Notes: generated by a model from the letters alone, not told the origin. A stretch of 64,000 bases of DNA from Blastocladiella emersonii ATCC 22665 (GCA_025594325.1 JANHCV010000007.1:248001-312000); one strand, 5' to 3'. Counted from the first letter of the stretch, positions 10,564 to 24,300 are shown. Program-made: numbers and translations.

Positions 10564-13539
10564 TCACCCTCGGTTCCGCAGGCGCTCGCACCCGCACCGC
10601 GCGATGACCGCCTCGACAGCCTGGAACGGGATCCCGCTGCGCGACCGGCGCGTCTGGTACGACTTGCGCAGCTACACGTCACGTCATCGCGCGTCAGTCA
10701 TCCATCGCTCATCCATCACGGCAGTCCCGCGCAACGTACGCTCTGCATCGTCAGCTTGACATTGAGATGCGTCGTCCCCTGCTCCGCGTCGACCACGACA
10801 TGCGCGGCGCGGACGATCTCGTCCCAGTCCTCGGTCGGTGCAATCACGAGCCCGCACGCCTTCCACGACAGGCACCGGAACACGTTGCGGTCCGCGTGCA
10901 GCGCGAGCCGGCCCTTGAGCCGCGTCCACTTCTTGCGCGTGAGCCCGTGCACGGCCTTCGCGTTGCCGCGCGCGTCCACCAGGTCCAGCACCTGCTGCGG
11001 CGCCGAACTCAGCAGCTGCACGTTGCCCTGCCGCCCGCGCGGCTTGATGAGCGGTGGTGGGGAGGGAGGGCGCGCGGGCGGGTCCGTGGAGGAGGAGGAG
11101 GAAGCGGCCGCGACGGCAGCGGACGTGTACTGCTCGCGGTGGAACCGGCCCATCTCGTACACCATCAGCAGGTACGACGAACGCGAGAAGGAAAAGTATT
11201 GCCGGCGCTACACGCGAGTGGGGGCAAGTCAGTCGCGGCAGCGGGGATGGTCGAGGTGGGCGGCGACGTACATTCTCGTCGCCTTCGTGATCGCTGTCAT
11301 CGTCGTCCTCCTCTTCATCGTCACGCGGAGCGGACGCGGGCGCGGACGCGGAGGCACCGTCACTCGCCGCGGCGGCGGCTTGCGCGGCCTGGTTCGCCCT
11401 GCGCGCAGCCCGACGCGTCGAGCGACTTGCAGGCGCAGGCGGAGGCACGGCCGAGATAGACGAAGATGAAGCCGAACCAGCGTCACCCGAAGCGGCCTGA
11501 GCTGCAGCACGCGCGGCGAGCGCGGCCTGGATCCCTCTCGCGCCGGCCGCGGCCCATGCTGGTGGAGCAGCAGTGGCCGGAGCCGTGGCTGAGGTTGAGG
11601 TTGAGGAAGCCGACGGCGCGGTAGCGGGGGCAGCAGCTGGTGCACCAGCAGCCTGCGTCACGGCCGAAGTTGTGACTGCGACGTGAGCGGCAGCCTCGGT
11701 CGCCATCGCCGGGGGCGGCTGCGAGACCGGCGACGGCTCCTTACGCGCGCGTTTGGCGCTACGCTTGCCCTTGGCGGCGGCGGGCGCCGGCGAGGACGAA
11801 GATGGCGGAGCAGGCTCGTCAGTCGAGTCGTTACGCGTACGCTTGCGACGCGACACGGGCGCGGGCGGATCGGCTGGCGGCGCAACCAGCTCCGTTGCAG
11901 CGGGCGCGACGGCAGGTGCGCTGGTCGTGGCGGCGCGGTGAGCGAGCGCGGCAAAGATCCCGCTCGACGCGGCCCACGCGGGCGGTGGTGCGCGCGCGAC
12001 GGGCGTCGATGATGATGCGTTGGCGGTCGATGAAGATGGCAGTGCCGCGGTACCAGACGCTGCTGGTTGCGCTCTCACGGTGTGCTCGGGAGCCGGTGCA
12101 GCAGCGGCCGCGGTAGCAAATGCCGCTGGTAGTTGAGCGGGAGCGGCAGAAGCGGGCGGGACTGCAGGAACGGGACCCGAGCCGGTCTCCCGTTGCGCGA
12201 TTGGTGACGGTGAAGCGATCGGGGCGACAGGTCGTGACGAGGTATCCTCTTTCCGCCGCAACGAGACCAAAGCGAAGCCAGGATCCGCATCGGTTGCCGG
12301 TGCAGTTTCGGGCGGAGCCGCAGCGGCGTGGTGCTGAGCGGGGTGAGAGAAGGCCGATTGGGTGGAGGAATCGACAGCGGGCCGAGGATCCCTTGGAGCT
12401 GGCCGAAGAAGCGGAGCTGGAGGCGAGACGTCCATGTGCGCGCGCGAGGAAGCATCCGCATCGTGATCGTCAAAGGTTGGTGGTGGAGGCGGACGAGGAA
12501 TCGAGAGCGGCGAAGCGACGCGCGGGAGCTCGTAGGCGGCCGCTGGTGGGTTTGACGGCGGCAGCGCGGGTGCACCGTAACCGGGCGGCGGAGGGTACGG
12601 GGGCGGCGGAGCGATCGACGCCGACGAAGAATGATGGCTGCTGCGGGTACGCGTAGGCGGCGGCGGGAGCGGCGGCGGACGCGGGCCGGCCCATGCGCGC
12701 GGCTCGGTGTAGTGGTCTCCGTGACCGTAGTAAGTTGGCGGCGGCGGAGGAGCGCTATCATGCAAAGCGGACTGATGTGGAAGCGGTGCATCGTAAGAGC
12801 CCGAGTACGGAACGGCGGGCGGCGGGCCCCAGCCAGGCGGTGGCGGCGCTGCGTAGTAGCGAGGATCGGCATCGTAGTGGGGAGGTGGAGGGCGGTAAGC
12901 GGGAGGACCGCGATACGGCGCGGGGTGGTCGTGCGGGTGCAGAGGACCGGCGGAATGGCTCCAATCGTTGTAGCCCGCGGTGCGCCGTGGATCAGGGCGG
13001 TCCCATTCGGACCAAGCAGGGCCGGTGTTCCCGCAGTAGTGCTGCTGCTGATAATAATCGCGCGGAGGCGGAGGACCGTGAGCGTGATCGAGGTAAGGGT
13101 CGGGGTGCGGCGGCAGCGGGGCCGTTTGGCTGTTCGGCTCCCAAACCACGGCGGGCGGGCCGCTTCGCCGAGGGCGGGGCGCAAATTCATGTACAGGAGC
13201 TTGATGCGGGTACGGTTCGCCAAACTGCGGTGGTGGGTGTGGCGGCTGCGGCGGCGCAAAGTGCAGTACGGGCGGGCCGCGGCGCTCGTCCCAGTGCGAA
13301 AAGCGCGACGGTGGCGGGTGGGAAGGGATGGCTCTCGGATTCGCGCGCGGTGGCGCGCCGTGGTGGTCGGGCGGCTGCGGGTGCGCGTGGTATTGGTGGT
13401 CGCCGCGACGGAAGGCCTCGGCCTCGGGATAGTAGCCGCGATTTGCCACGTGCGACGGATCGATCGGCCGCGCGGGCGCGTGCCGGTCCCGTTGCCGGTG
13501 GTTCCCGGCGGGTGGATGGCGGTTTTGCTCCATGGGCAT
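10564..13539 (-). CDS. Low-complexity (Pro/His/Tyr, then Ala/Ser) protein with a C-terminal integrase-type H2C2 zinc-binding domain; 3 exons
   Basis: Introns 11208-11271 and 10672-10739 (GTACGT...GTGTAG, CTGAC branch) splice in frame to ...DWDEIVRAAH-x10-HLNVKLTMQS|LRKSYQ...GIPFQAVEAVIARCGC. Stop at 10564-10566. No RT, RNase H or DDE core. Confidence 0.7.
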
Positions 13540-14157
13540 GCATCGGCGGGGAGCGCGGAAGGGAGTGGAGAACGAAGCTGAGATCGTGCAAGCGATCAGG
13601 TCCCCCGATCACGGCAGGCGCCTGTCAAACCAATCGGGAGCCGAACCACGCGGAATCGGATCCCACGCGTTGCGCCACACTCGGCGGAACGTGCTTCCCC
13701 ATGCCAGCGGCCGAAATTGCGGGCAAAATTCAAGCGTTTGAGTTAACTCAGCGGCAGGAGATGGTTGCCGCAGACAAGCCTCGCTGCGTAGCATCCCCCA
13801 TTCCATGATCTGGTGGCAGATTTGCACGTCATCGATGCTTGAACCCGGTCCACGGTCTGCCGGTCGAACGGGGTCCCCCGGTTTCTTGGAGGAGGCGTCG
13901 CGATGTACATGTTCGACTTCCGCCTGACCGCACTCCCTAGCAACGTTCTGGCGAGGAATTTCTGCCGCCCATACATCAGGCCACAGCTTGCGCAGTCAAC
14001 AGGTTATGTTCTTGGAAAGACGAGACGATCACCTGACGCTACTTCCCACGCGACGCGTCCTGGCGTGGCTTCTCGCCTCGTCAGCCGCGATTCCAAATTC
14101 TGACTTCAACTCACTACATTTCATGCCAAACTGATGAATTAACTCCTTGCAATCAAC

Positions 14158-17100
14158 ATGGCCTCTGATTTCGCACCGGCACAGACGAGCGCGTCCGCGA
14201 TTTATACGGATTATGCCGGTTGCGATGACTCGTACCGCGACGTCTTCGCTGCCGATCTCTTCTTGTACCACGACGCGAGCACGGCCGAGCGCGATCTCAG
14301 TGCTCTGCTCTGCGACTTCAACGACCTGAGATCGGTCGCGCACACGCTCGGCGAGGCTGAGCGCAAGAGCTCGCGCGCCTCCATGTCATTCACGCTCAAC
14401 AATTTGCGGCCGGAGCCCATTTCCCGTTTGCTCCTGGTTCTACATGCGATCATGTTCGCTTCGCTGGATTCGGCGACACTCGACCGCTTCATCGGACAGC
14501 TCTGGTTCTCGGATCACTTGGAACGCGGCGCCTGCGATTTCTGGCGCGACGAGATGCGGGCATGCCTCGAACTAGATTGGACGGAGGCCGTACTCCAGGT
14601 TCGCGTTCACGACGAGCCGACCCTTCTAGCCGTCCGTGACTGCTGGACACGCTGGCTCCCCGACTTCGCCCTCCTCCCGAGTTCGGCCGATCTAATGGCG
14701 AGGCAGGAAGCTCTACTCGATTCGTCTCCCTTGTCCGACTTCTGTCTTGCGGGAACCGATGGCCAGCATGCACCAGGCTGTAGCGACGACGAGTATCGCC
14801 AAAAGCCGGTCGCCTTCGCCGAGGACCTCGCAATGTCGCACGCGTTCATGGATCTGCCTTGGCTCCTGAAACCGTCACAGATTCTGCGTGCGCGCTCCGA
14901 AATGGATTGTCTCATCAAGCAAGGCGTGTATCTCGCGAAGCCCGGTCGCGGCTCAACTTCTACCCGTTCCAACTTGGTTGCCAATCCAACGCTACTCCAC
15001 CCGCGCAACAATCTCATTGGCTGCTCGGAGACCCATTTCGCCGGATTTTTCCTGGACGTGAGCCGTAGCCGCATCGAACAGTCGATGCGCAACCAACTGA
15101 AAACCTGGATTCGGGCGCTTGTGAAGGCATTCAAGACCAACACCGTTGTTTCCGGGGAGCCAGTTCGCTTGGGCGGCCCTCAGCATAGCATACTCTTCGT
15201 TTTCGGTGGCTCTGAGCTTGTCATGGAGAACTTTCTTGCCGATCCACAGCAGCGCTTCGACGTGATCGACACATCCGCCCTCATGGATCACTGTGGCGGG
15301 CTAATCCTGGTCATGTACGGCTCCCCCCTTCTCAAGACCAACTCTCTGGTTGCGGGTGACAGGTCAATCATGTTCCTGCACACAAACCAGCCAGTTGATG
15401 TGGTGCACGCATATCCCTTCTACCTTTTCGAGCACCTGTTCCGTCTTCCGGCGACCGATCTTCCGCTGCTCTTTGGCGTCGCTCTCTACGAGGAGGACGG
15501 CCGCTACTTCGATAGCTGGCAAGCGCACTTCCGGCCCTTTTCACCCAACACGCGCAACACTCGGGACATCGAGTCCTATCGCAGCATCGTTCTCGGTAAG
15601 CTCTCGCGTCCAGATGTCCCCGTCGCCGCCGTGCAATCACGGTTCCTCTCGGACATCGTCAGTCGCCTTCTGGCTTTGGACAAGCTGCCGTACTCGGAAA
15701 GACACGCGCGTTGTACGGCATTCTCTGGACCGCAGCTCGATGTTGACTTGATCGTTTGCTCACATGAAACCCCACCGACTCGTAGATGGAACTCAAATCA
15801 CGCCTTTATTTTCTATCAAGACCATTGCCTACGCTATGGCTGCGGGGCGTATTGTGTTGACCGGCGGCGTGCCGTACGCCGAGATTTCACATTGGTCCGA
15901 TTCATTCAGCAGCGAGTGCTTCAAAAGGATCATTGACAACGACTCGAGGGGCTCGGCAGCCGAACGCTCATTGCTTGCGCGGATTCACGGCTTCCACCGC
16001 AGCGTGTCAGCTGTCGACCGCTCCCCCAATCACGTCCTGCATGTCAGCGCCGAGTTTACTCTCCTAGAGTCCAACCCAGCGCCTTCTTCGCGCTACGTTC
16101 ACGTCGCCGTGGAACTCACTGGTCACGATCGACCAGTCGAGACGTACGAGTGCTTGGATGTAACTTACGATCGCAAGTCCAAGACAGTTCTGGTGAATTG
16201 GTACCTTGATCCCGACTTTACGAACCGCTTCGCCGAACCGCTCTTCTCGATTTATGCCACTCCCGTGCTTCCGTCGAATTTACCGCATGACTTGTGCGGT
16301 CAAGTTGACACAGTGCGGATCAGCAACCGGCTCGGTTTCCACGAGTGCGACACGCCGTCTTCCTCGTCTACGGTCCTCACCGCGGAGGTTTCGATTGCGG
16401 AGTTGCAGCATGGACTCTGCGGCATTATGGCCTACGAAGCGAGCGGCACTCGATCCTCGATTCCGAAGCCATCGTGGTTCTCGGTTGCTTACTTGGCCGA
16501 CCTGAACTCCGACTTTGCTCAACTCGTCCTTAATACTCCGCGCAGTCGTGCCAACCTTTCCGTCAAAGTCGTACCCGAGCAGGAATTGAAGCAGTATCGC
16601 GGCGGCATTGCCGTGCTCGTCGACGGCAAGGCGGTGACCTTTCGGCTGCCGTTCCCTGGCTGCACGACGAACGTCGAATCGAATCGCAATGCTCGCACCG
16701 TGACGATTATAATTCGCAAGGCCTTACCCGCCGTGATCCCCGTGCTTGGCATCGGCCCGTTGGTCCCTCGCTTTGCGCCCTTTCTCGAGTCTGCTCGCTC
16801 GTCCAAGTTTCTGTCGGAGGTCACTTTCATAGGGCTGCGAGCCATGTACACGGAGGAAGAGTGCCCACGCGGCTCTAGCTCCGTTCGAGTACCAGTGGAG
16901 GCGCCCCCAACTGACGATGTCCGGCAGGCTGCATACGAGGTGGCGATGCTAAAAGCGGCGGTCATAGACCTCGTTTCCCGCAGTGTGGAAGGGGATGGCG
17001 CCTTTGTCATCAAGCTTTCTCCCACTAGCGGCCCGCGCGGCGCCATCGCGGTCATTTTCGTGCATCGGCCCGTGATCATTCCGCAGCAGGGCCGGTCCGA

Positions 17101-17491
17101 CTGGATCACGCAGGCGCTCGAAGCCAGTTACTTGTACCTGCCGCCGATCCCGTCCAAATCGACCTCGTCGGCTACCGAGCGCGCCTCGGCTCAGCGGCTG
17201 CGCAAGCTCTTCGAGAAATCCGAGTCTGTGTACGTCCGCGCAGCCGGTCGCCAATACCCTGCTGTGAGGTGGATGGGCCGACATCCTATCGCAGTCGCCG
17301 AGTACTTGAGCTTCTGCAACGCGACCGTGGCCGGCCAGCCGCTGCTCGACATCAAGGAGTTTCTTTCGCCCAAACCCGGGGAAGAGCAGATCGCTGCAGC
17401 CACGGCTGCGTCGTTCGCCTGCCTCAAGTCGGAACTCAAGCGCGCGCTGATTCTGCCGCTTTTTCCGAGTCTGCGAAACATCTCCCGTTGA
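14158..17491 (+). CDS. Family B (DUF4470-type, SAM-methyltransferase-like) paralog B1, divergent; 2 exons
   Basis: ORFs 14158-15936 and 15764-17491 join in frame via intron 15713-15785 (GTACGG...CGTAG), at the same protein position as the intron in B2-B4. Motifs DLFLYH...DLRSVAHT, PEPISRLLLVLH, FDVIDTSALMDHCGGLIL...PLL. Confidence 0.75.
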
Positions 17492-17724
17492 TTGCTGTCG
17501 AATGCGCATATTGATTAAACTTAATTCTAGCTCTGTGCGCTCGGTTACCGTGCCTGTCGTCAAGCGAGGAGTGCGGTGAAAGCGTTGTCCCAATTAAGGT
17601 GCGTTTTTTCAATCGAGTATCATCACATGCGCGCGTAAACTTTTGAAGTATTTTGGACGCGAACTAGCCATGTCTCGGCGACTCGTGTGGCGCAACGCGA
17701 GATGGGGGATGTGAGACGTGTCGC

Positions 17725-17738
17725 GATATCATGTGACC
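17725..17738 (+). promoter_or_regulatory. Orphan copy of the B4 promoter motif GATATCATGTGACC
   Basis: Identical 14-mer at 60528-60541, ~90 bp upstream of the B4 ATG, with partly similar 5' flank. Confidence 0.3.
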
Positions 17739-19863
17739 AGCTGCGCCACACTACGCCGCTCGTGTCTTTGCGCCTTTGCTGGGTTGTCGTCGTTTCCCTG
17801 AAGCCATTGCACGCATCTTTATCCGATAGCGGCACCCGCGGCTTGTGAGTCGAGGGCAAACATCCATTGTTACGAGAAACGGCCATCGGAGATCAATTGA
17901 AACTGAAGTACTCGGCAGCGCAGCTCCACGCAGAAGACATACAACCAACAGTAAAAGTGAATTTGAACGATATAAAAAAAATACAAGCTGAGCAGGCGGT
18001 TCGGGGGGAGAGGAGACGGGCGCGAGCCACTGCCATGGACTGCGCGTTGTTGGGATTGGAACGGGCAGCTCCAGCTCCCCCGCGCAGGGGCACCCACAAG
18101 GACAATAGTGGGCGACGCTGCACACGAACCACTGTGCCAACTCAGCCGTGTGTACACGTCAAAACATTTTACTTGGCCACTTCTCGGCCGAGGGTAACTA
18201 GGGATAAATTTATGTACACGGCATCGGATCGAATACCTGCGGGATCTTGGTGATGTTGAGATTGATAGAGCCATACATGCTCCCGCTGTCTCAGTGTGAC
18301 TACGGATGGCATGAGCTACGAGTTTAGACGCAAAGAAAGTCTACCCCTGCGCGGGATGGAGTGTATGAAGTAGATTAAAGCGTTTACACCGAATCATTAG
18401 TCGTCGTCCTTCCACTGTCTTTTGCGGGGCGACCGTTGGGCCGGGACCCTAGTGGCAGCTGCGCCAAGCGCACGACTGGGACCAGGGGAACTCGCTGGCC
18501 CTGCTGAGGCGGACGTGGCCGGCTTGGTTTCCGGGTCGCAGGCGCGGCGGTCCCGGTGGCGGACGCGGTGAGAAGTAGGCGGCGACGGCGGTGGGCCAAT
18601 GACCTGCATCATGCGCCTGATCTCGCCGGAAACGGTCCCCGCCGCGAGCCTTCCTGCCGCCGACTCTTGCATGTAGTAGAGTGCGACAAGAAGCCTGCGG
18701 AGAATCCCGTAGCGCAGCGTGAGACTCTTGATACGGCGCATCGCGAGAAGGGCGGTGCGAGCCTGTGCGCCGCCATCGGTGGGACGTGCAGTGGTTCCGG
18801 TCGGCATAATGCAAGTAGTCTAGAGGCTCGTATGCATCGCAGAGAGGCGTGATGTTGACTCGCATCGACGGGAACGCGAACGCGACGCGAAAAAACCGAC
18901 GCGACGAGGTGAGGTGGCGGAACACGTGACGTGATGGGTGTGGCGCGACGCGTCTTTCACTTCCTCCCGCGTTGACCCGAGCCGAGAGCGCAAACCCAGC
19001 TTCATTTCGCAACCACCTGACTCAGTGTAATCCGTCTCACTGCCAGAGGCCGAGGTCGACCACAAACACTGCTCGAGGCTTTCGATCGCGTTCGAAGGTG
19101 CTCAAAAACCCAACCACCTGCGCAAAGTCTTGTCTCACAAGAGCGCGGCGTAAAAGGTGCGCGACGTTAGTCCTCCGGCTGTGAGCTGAAGCAGTGCCGT
19201 TGTCCGGTCGGGCTCCGAAGCTGGCAAAGCTTCGCTCACCGCACACTGAGCAGTCATCATGACGCGCGCGGGCGTCTGCACGCGTGGATTGCGACGTTGC
19301 TAGCTTTAGCCGACACATCCGCCCTCGCCGCACAACAAAACCCAACGCCGAGATTTGGTCGTATATTGTTCGCCGGCACTCGAAGGCTCAATTTCTAAGT
19401 TGATTGCGCCAACGAGGTCCACGACACGGACTCAATGCAAGTTACATGCCTGCTTTCCAAGTCGGGCGAAGAGTGGGCGTAGCGCGCGCAAGGAAGCTCC
19501 AATTGAGGGCTCGATCTGAAACGCACGCGCGTGCGCGCGTGCTGCGCCACCGCTTGCATCGGGCACCAGATCCGGTGAACTCCAGATTGACTTCTTCGCG
19601 TCGTGGAGCAGCCTCCAGGTCGCCAAAACTAGAACTTTTAATGCATTTGCTGCGGCTCCGGTCACATTGATCATGCCAACCTTCACCGCCACATCGTGCG
19701 GAACACGTTTGAGTGCAGCAGCGCAAGCCGAGTTTGGGGCAGATCTCGAGACTATAAAGACCGGCCGGCTCCCCGCCCTCCATCTCGTTGCCCTTCACCA
19801 GTCAGCCTAACTCCTCCAGCTCAGCCTACCGCCCAACACCCAAGCCCCTCCTCATCCAACACC

Positions 19864-20286
19864 ATGAACGCCGCTGCTCTCCTCGTGCTCGTCCTGGCCC
19901 TTGTCGCCATGGTCTCAGCCATCCCGCCCCCGATCTTCGACGCTCCGTTCCCGGTCCCGGCCACGTACCAGGTGACCAACACGCACAAGGCCACCTTCGA
20001 CGCGACCGGCAAGCTCACGGTCATGTCGACGCTGCCCTGCAACGGCGACCCGTGCGTCGGCGTGCGCGGCCACGGCGAGTGGTCGTACGACCCGGCGACC
20101 GACGGCCTCACTGTCAGCTACTGGATGAACCCGTCGTGGACCATCTCGCAGACCTGGGTCTGCCCCTCCAAGTCGCGCGACATGAACGTGTCGGTCCTCG
20201 GCTGCTGCAAGCTCGTCAGCGCCTCAGGCGCCCAGTCGGACGTGGCCCCGATCCCCGCCAAGTCCAAGACCTGGGTCCGCCAGTAA
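19864..20286 (+). CDS. Small secreted cysteine-containing protein (140 aa)
   Basis: accATG start, signal peptide MNAAALLVLVLALVAMVSA, 5 Cys, strongly C/G-ending codons, no intron. Confidence 0.8.
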   Translation: MNAAALLVLVLALVAMVSAIPPPIFDAPFPVPATYQVTNTHKATFDATGKLTVMSTLPCNGDPCVGVRGHGEWSYDPATDGLTVSYWMNPSWTISQTWVCPSKSRDMNVSVLGCCKLVSASGAQSDVAPIPAKSKTWVRQ

Positions 20287-21367
20287 TCGGTGATGGCTGC
20301 CGTCGGTCGAGGCGTCGAACGTGTTGTTGTGTCTAGGTTTACGTGTGCAACGATTGTATCCACCCGCCACCGCGCGGGGAGACTTTTAAGAACGAGTGTG
20401 GGCGTCCGGCCAAAATATATCACTGATCCTCCATCTATTTCCAAATTTGTGTGTACTTGAAGTGGAAAAAATCTGAGTTTGAACGTATAGAGCAAGAGGA
20501 GTGGTCCATTGTACGAAGCCATCGTTGATGGTCGCGCGGCCGCTTGGGAATTTGCGACGAGACTTGACGCCAAGTCGTGAAGAAGGGAAGCGAGAGTGGA
20601 CTAAAACGCATGTGCCATGACACAGCGATTACTCCAACTCTCCCCCTCACTCGAGCTCCCAAACCTGTCCGTGGGTCTGCTGTCATGGAGCTTGCTCCCG
20701 AACCTTTCGTGGGTCCGTTTCGATGGAGCGTGAGGGGCGACGGACGATGAGACAAATATCGAGCGCAGACGGGATCGAACTCAGGGCTCATAACCTATAG
20801 AAGGAAACAGAGTGGCGTACTTGACAGGGAGGTGGAAGCTAAGCTGGATGCGCAGCCGTGACGATACAGAGAGGAACAGAATGTATCGACGACGGCTAGA
20901 CTAGCAACTGAACAATCAAAGGAACAAAAGAGGAGGGGAGAAGCGGGGACGACCGGTCGAGATGGGCGGTGCGACGGTCGGGCGGGCGGCCGCTCCCCCG
21001 GGGCGGCGATCAAAACAGAACAAGTGGTCGGGATGACGCGATTCTCACGTGCATCACGCGCGGCTGGTCCGAGACGCGTCTCGCACTCGGTCCCCGCGTG
21101 TGCGTGTACACTTGAACTAGTCGGACTGACGAAGTCTCACAAGGGTTCGATCCATCGTATTGATGCTCTTGTATTTCAGGGGTACGAATGCAGTTGCACA
21201 GAGGATCAGGAGTGGCATCAACGGCTGGTTGAGCTCAGAGGTCGACCGGTCGGCGCGGCGGCGCGACGCGTTCGCGTTTCGGCAGGCGACTTGAGCCTCG
21301 CCTGCTCTCCCTCGCACCACCCCTCCACTTCAGGCATCGAATGGAATAACTTGGTGAAACGTCAATT

Positions 21368-24300
21368 ATGCCTCGTGGTGCTTCCAAAACTGTTGACGCG
21401 GGTCCGCCGAAGCGGAAGCGCGTGCCCAAGAACTCGTCGGTGCCAATTCCGCAGGCCGAGGACCCTTACGTTCCCCTCCCCATCGATGAGCCGGCACCCG
21501 ACCGCCCCGTGAGCGCGCCCCCGCTTACTGCCGACCACTTTGAGCGACTGCTTCGCGCCGAACGCGCCGCGTGTGGTTGGTGGCGCCCAGCCACCACGAA
21601 GTTTGGATTCAAAGTTCCGGACGACCCCAAGTGCTCGCTTGCCGCGGTTGACGTGGAGTCCATGGACGGTCACGTTTACCCGCTCGCTGACGAGGATGCG
21701 ATACTTGCGGCCGGGTTTCCCACGGACGGGGACTGGGGCGTGCTCAAGCGTATTCTCGGTAACCAGCCTGGTACGTCGTCGCTGAGTGTGCCAGATAGGT
21801 GGATCAACTTATCCTTCGCCTCTCAACTAGACTTGCTTCTCGGCTTGCATGTTGTGCCCATGTACACGCGGGTCCCGGTGCCGCGCTCTAGCCTCAACGA
21901 CGCCCAGCAGTGGGTAGGTGCAGAGCCGCCGATACTCACGTCACTCCGACTTGACCTCGAGCCCGTGCTGTGCTACGAGGACGATGGGAGCTACACCTAC
22001 TACCGCCAGTCTTGGTCTCGCAAAAATCCGTGGACTCTTCACGCCATTCAAGGCTTGAAGCAGTCCAGCTTCGACCACGAAATTGGCCTCGATCGTCGGT
22101 TCCTTAGGCGTCTGCGAACCGAAAAGTGGTCCTGCGCCAACCGCGCGACCCTGCGCCCGTTCTTGCTTCCGAGTCTTAGTGTGGAAGCTCGCTATACCGC
22201 CAAAGATCCAGAGCCTCGTGAGCTTGCCCGCCTCGCCGAGTGTAAGCTTCCTATCGGTTCGCCCGGCTGGCGTGCCCGTTGGGCGACAAACGCGTGGGAA
22301 TCGGTGATGCTTCCACTCCACAACCCGCCTTGCCCTCCTCTGCTTCGTCAAACCGACCGCGGTCTCGATCCATACGTCCGAATTGACCTTCATCCATGCC
22401 CCAGCGAGACCTACAACGCGGCGCCAGGACAGTCCGGCCAGACTTGGCGTTACGAGTGGCGCGTCTACTTGGAGACTGGCTATGTCAATCGGCACCTCCG
22501 TTACAACACGCCTGGCGCGAAAAGCGCAATCCACCGGCTTCTGCAGCTGTACCCGCCCACAGCCTTTTGTGCTCCGAGTCGCGCCCTTTCTTGCATCACC
22601 TCCACTAAATGGGTCTGGACTTGGGTTCACTCAGAGCCTTCGCATGGCCTTCATGAACCGCTCAACGAGACTCAACTTTGCACGCTCGAATGGCTTTACA
22701 CACGCGAAACGGACCCAGCCGCCCGCGGTTTTGTTAATCCTGACCTACGGCTCGCGCATCCGTACCTGCGCCTTGGCCCCGGTGGCGTGCTCTTCAACCA
22801 CGCTCTTGGCGAATGGGCCGAGCATGATATTTGGGACACGGATCGGGTTCCGCCGTCAGTTCTTGATACTCGCGATGCGGTCCTTGCGGCTTCGGATCCA
22901 ACTACACCGCTCGAGGTTGCTCTTGCATTGGTTGGCTCGACTTTGTCCGACGACCCGATCTCAGAGTTAAGTGAGGCTCGTTACCTTACGTCGCGCGCCA
23001 CGCTAGTTGCTTGTCGTGGTGTTGACCTCGAAGAAGCGGTGCGTATCGCCACCGCATCGCTTCCAGCTGGGGCTCGCATCGTTGTGCTCGGCGATTTCGA
23101 CGAATACGAGCGCACGTCATGGAACGACGTCCAATCGGCCGACTTGGTGATCCTGTCCAGCGCCCTCATGTCTTCGCGTCGATACCGTGCGCGCATTGCT
23201 GAACTCGTCGAGCTCTCAGAGTACCAGCGCCCTCGCACTCGCGCTGAGGTTGCGCTCTCGAGCAATGACCCGCAGCTCCTTCCGCTCCAGCAATTCTCCG
23301 CTCTTCTGGGCGATTTCGCCTCGGACATGCTTGTCAAGGCTCCTGATACCTACAGTGCGCGAGTGGTCGAGGTCATTTTTGAGCGAGTCTGGTTCCGCCG
23401 CGTTGTTCTTGTACACTTTGGCCAGTCGCCCGCCGGGTCTAGTTTGCCCGATCCGCGGGCAGTCGCGCCTTCGGATCCTGAGCAAGCCGATACCGCTTTG
23501 GCCGAGCACGCTCTCCAAGCTGAGAATATTCAGCGCACTGACGACTTTCTGTGCGGGCTTCGCGGATCATTTGCGATCCACTTGATCCAGTCGCCAAGTG
23601 GGAAGCCAGACTCGGAGGTTTTGCGTCCAGTCGAGCGCCTATTGTCTGCGAACGCGCCTTGCGACGGCGACGTGCGCGTGCACTACCTGCGTCACATCAC
23701 TCGATTACTTTCCCCGGCGCTGGTGACTTCGTCCCTCTTTGACTTCGAGGTCCAGTACATCCAGCCATCTTCCGTCGAGCTTGTGCTTGCGCACGCAGCG
23801 CTTATCGCTCACGCATATTCTATTACTCTACGTGCGTTTCTTGAAGGCTTCCAGCACCACCAGCTTTCGCATGCTTGGAGCTCAGCTGAGCGCGTTTTCA
23901 GTGCCGACATGGGTCCCTTGGCTCTTGCCCAGAAGATTGTTGCACACGGCCCCTTGCAACAGTCCACTGACGATTGCGTTGCAGCCCTCCGGGAAGCCCG
24001 TCGTGCCGTCGTCAACAAGGTTTCTTGGTGGCCCAATGGCCGCGCGTGGGTGCTGTCTCATGGCCTCGCCGCAGCTGATCTCGAGGAGCCTGCAACCAAT
24101 CTCGAATTATGGTGCTTTGATGAAGTCGGGAAGCACTGCGAGCACGACCTACGGCACTTGGTCCGATGCGTCCAGGTGGCGCAGCAGAAGCTCGACTTGG
24201 CCACAGTGCGGCTCGATCGGTTCCGCGACGCGCACGCGCTGCTTCGTGCCGTGTGCGAGAGAACGCCAGTCGCTTGCTCTCAGTGCGCGACTGCGGTTCA

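Noticed and set aside
18397-19692. Multi-exon minus-strand gene in the 18.4-19.7 kb gap
   Set aside because: Some fragments look protein-like, but I could not join them through convincing splice sites. Left uncalled as a feature.
21143-21153. GGTTCGATCC B-box/T-loop-like motif (also reverse strand at ~20771-20785)
   Set aside because: Flanks do not form a T-stem or cloverleaf, so no tRNA call.
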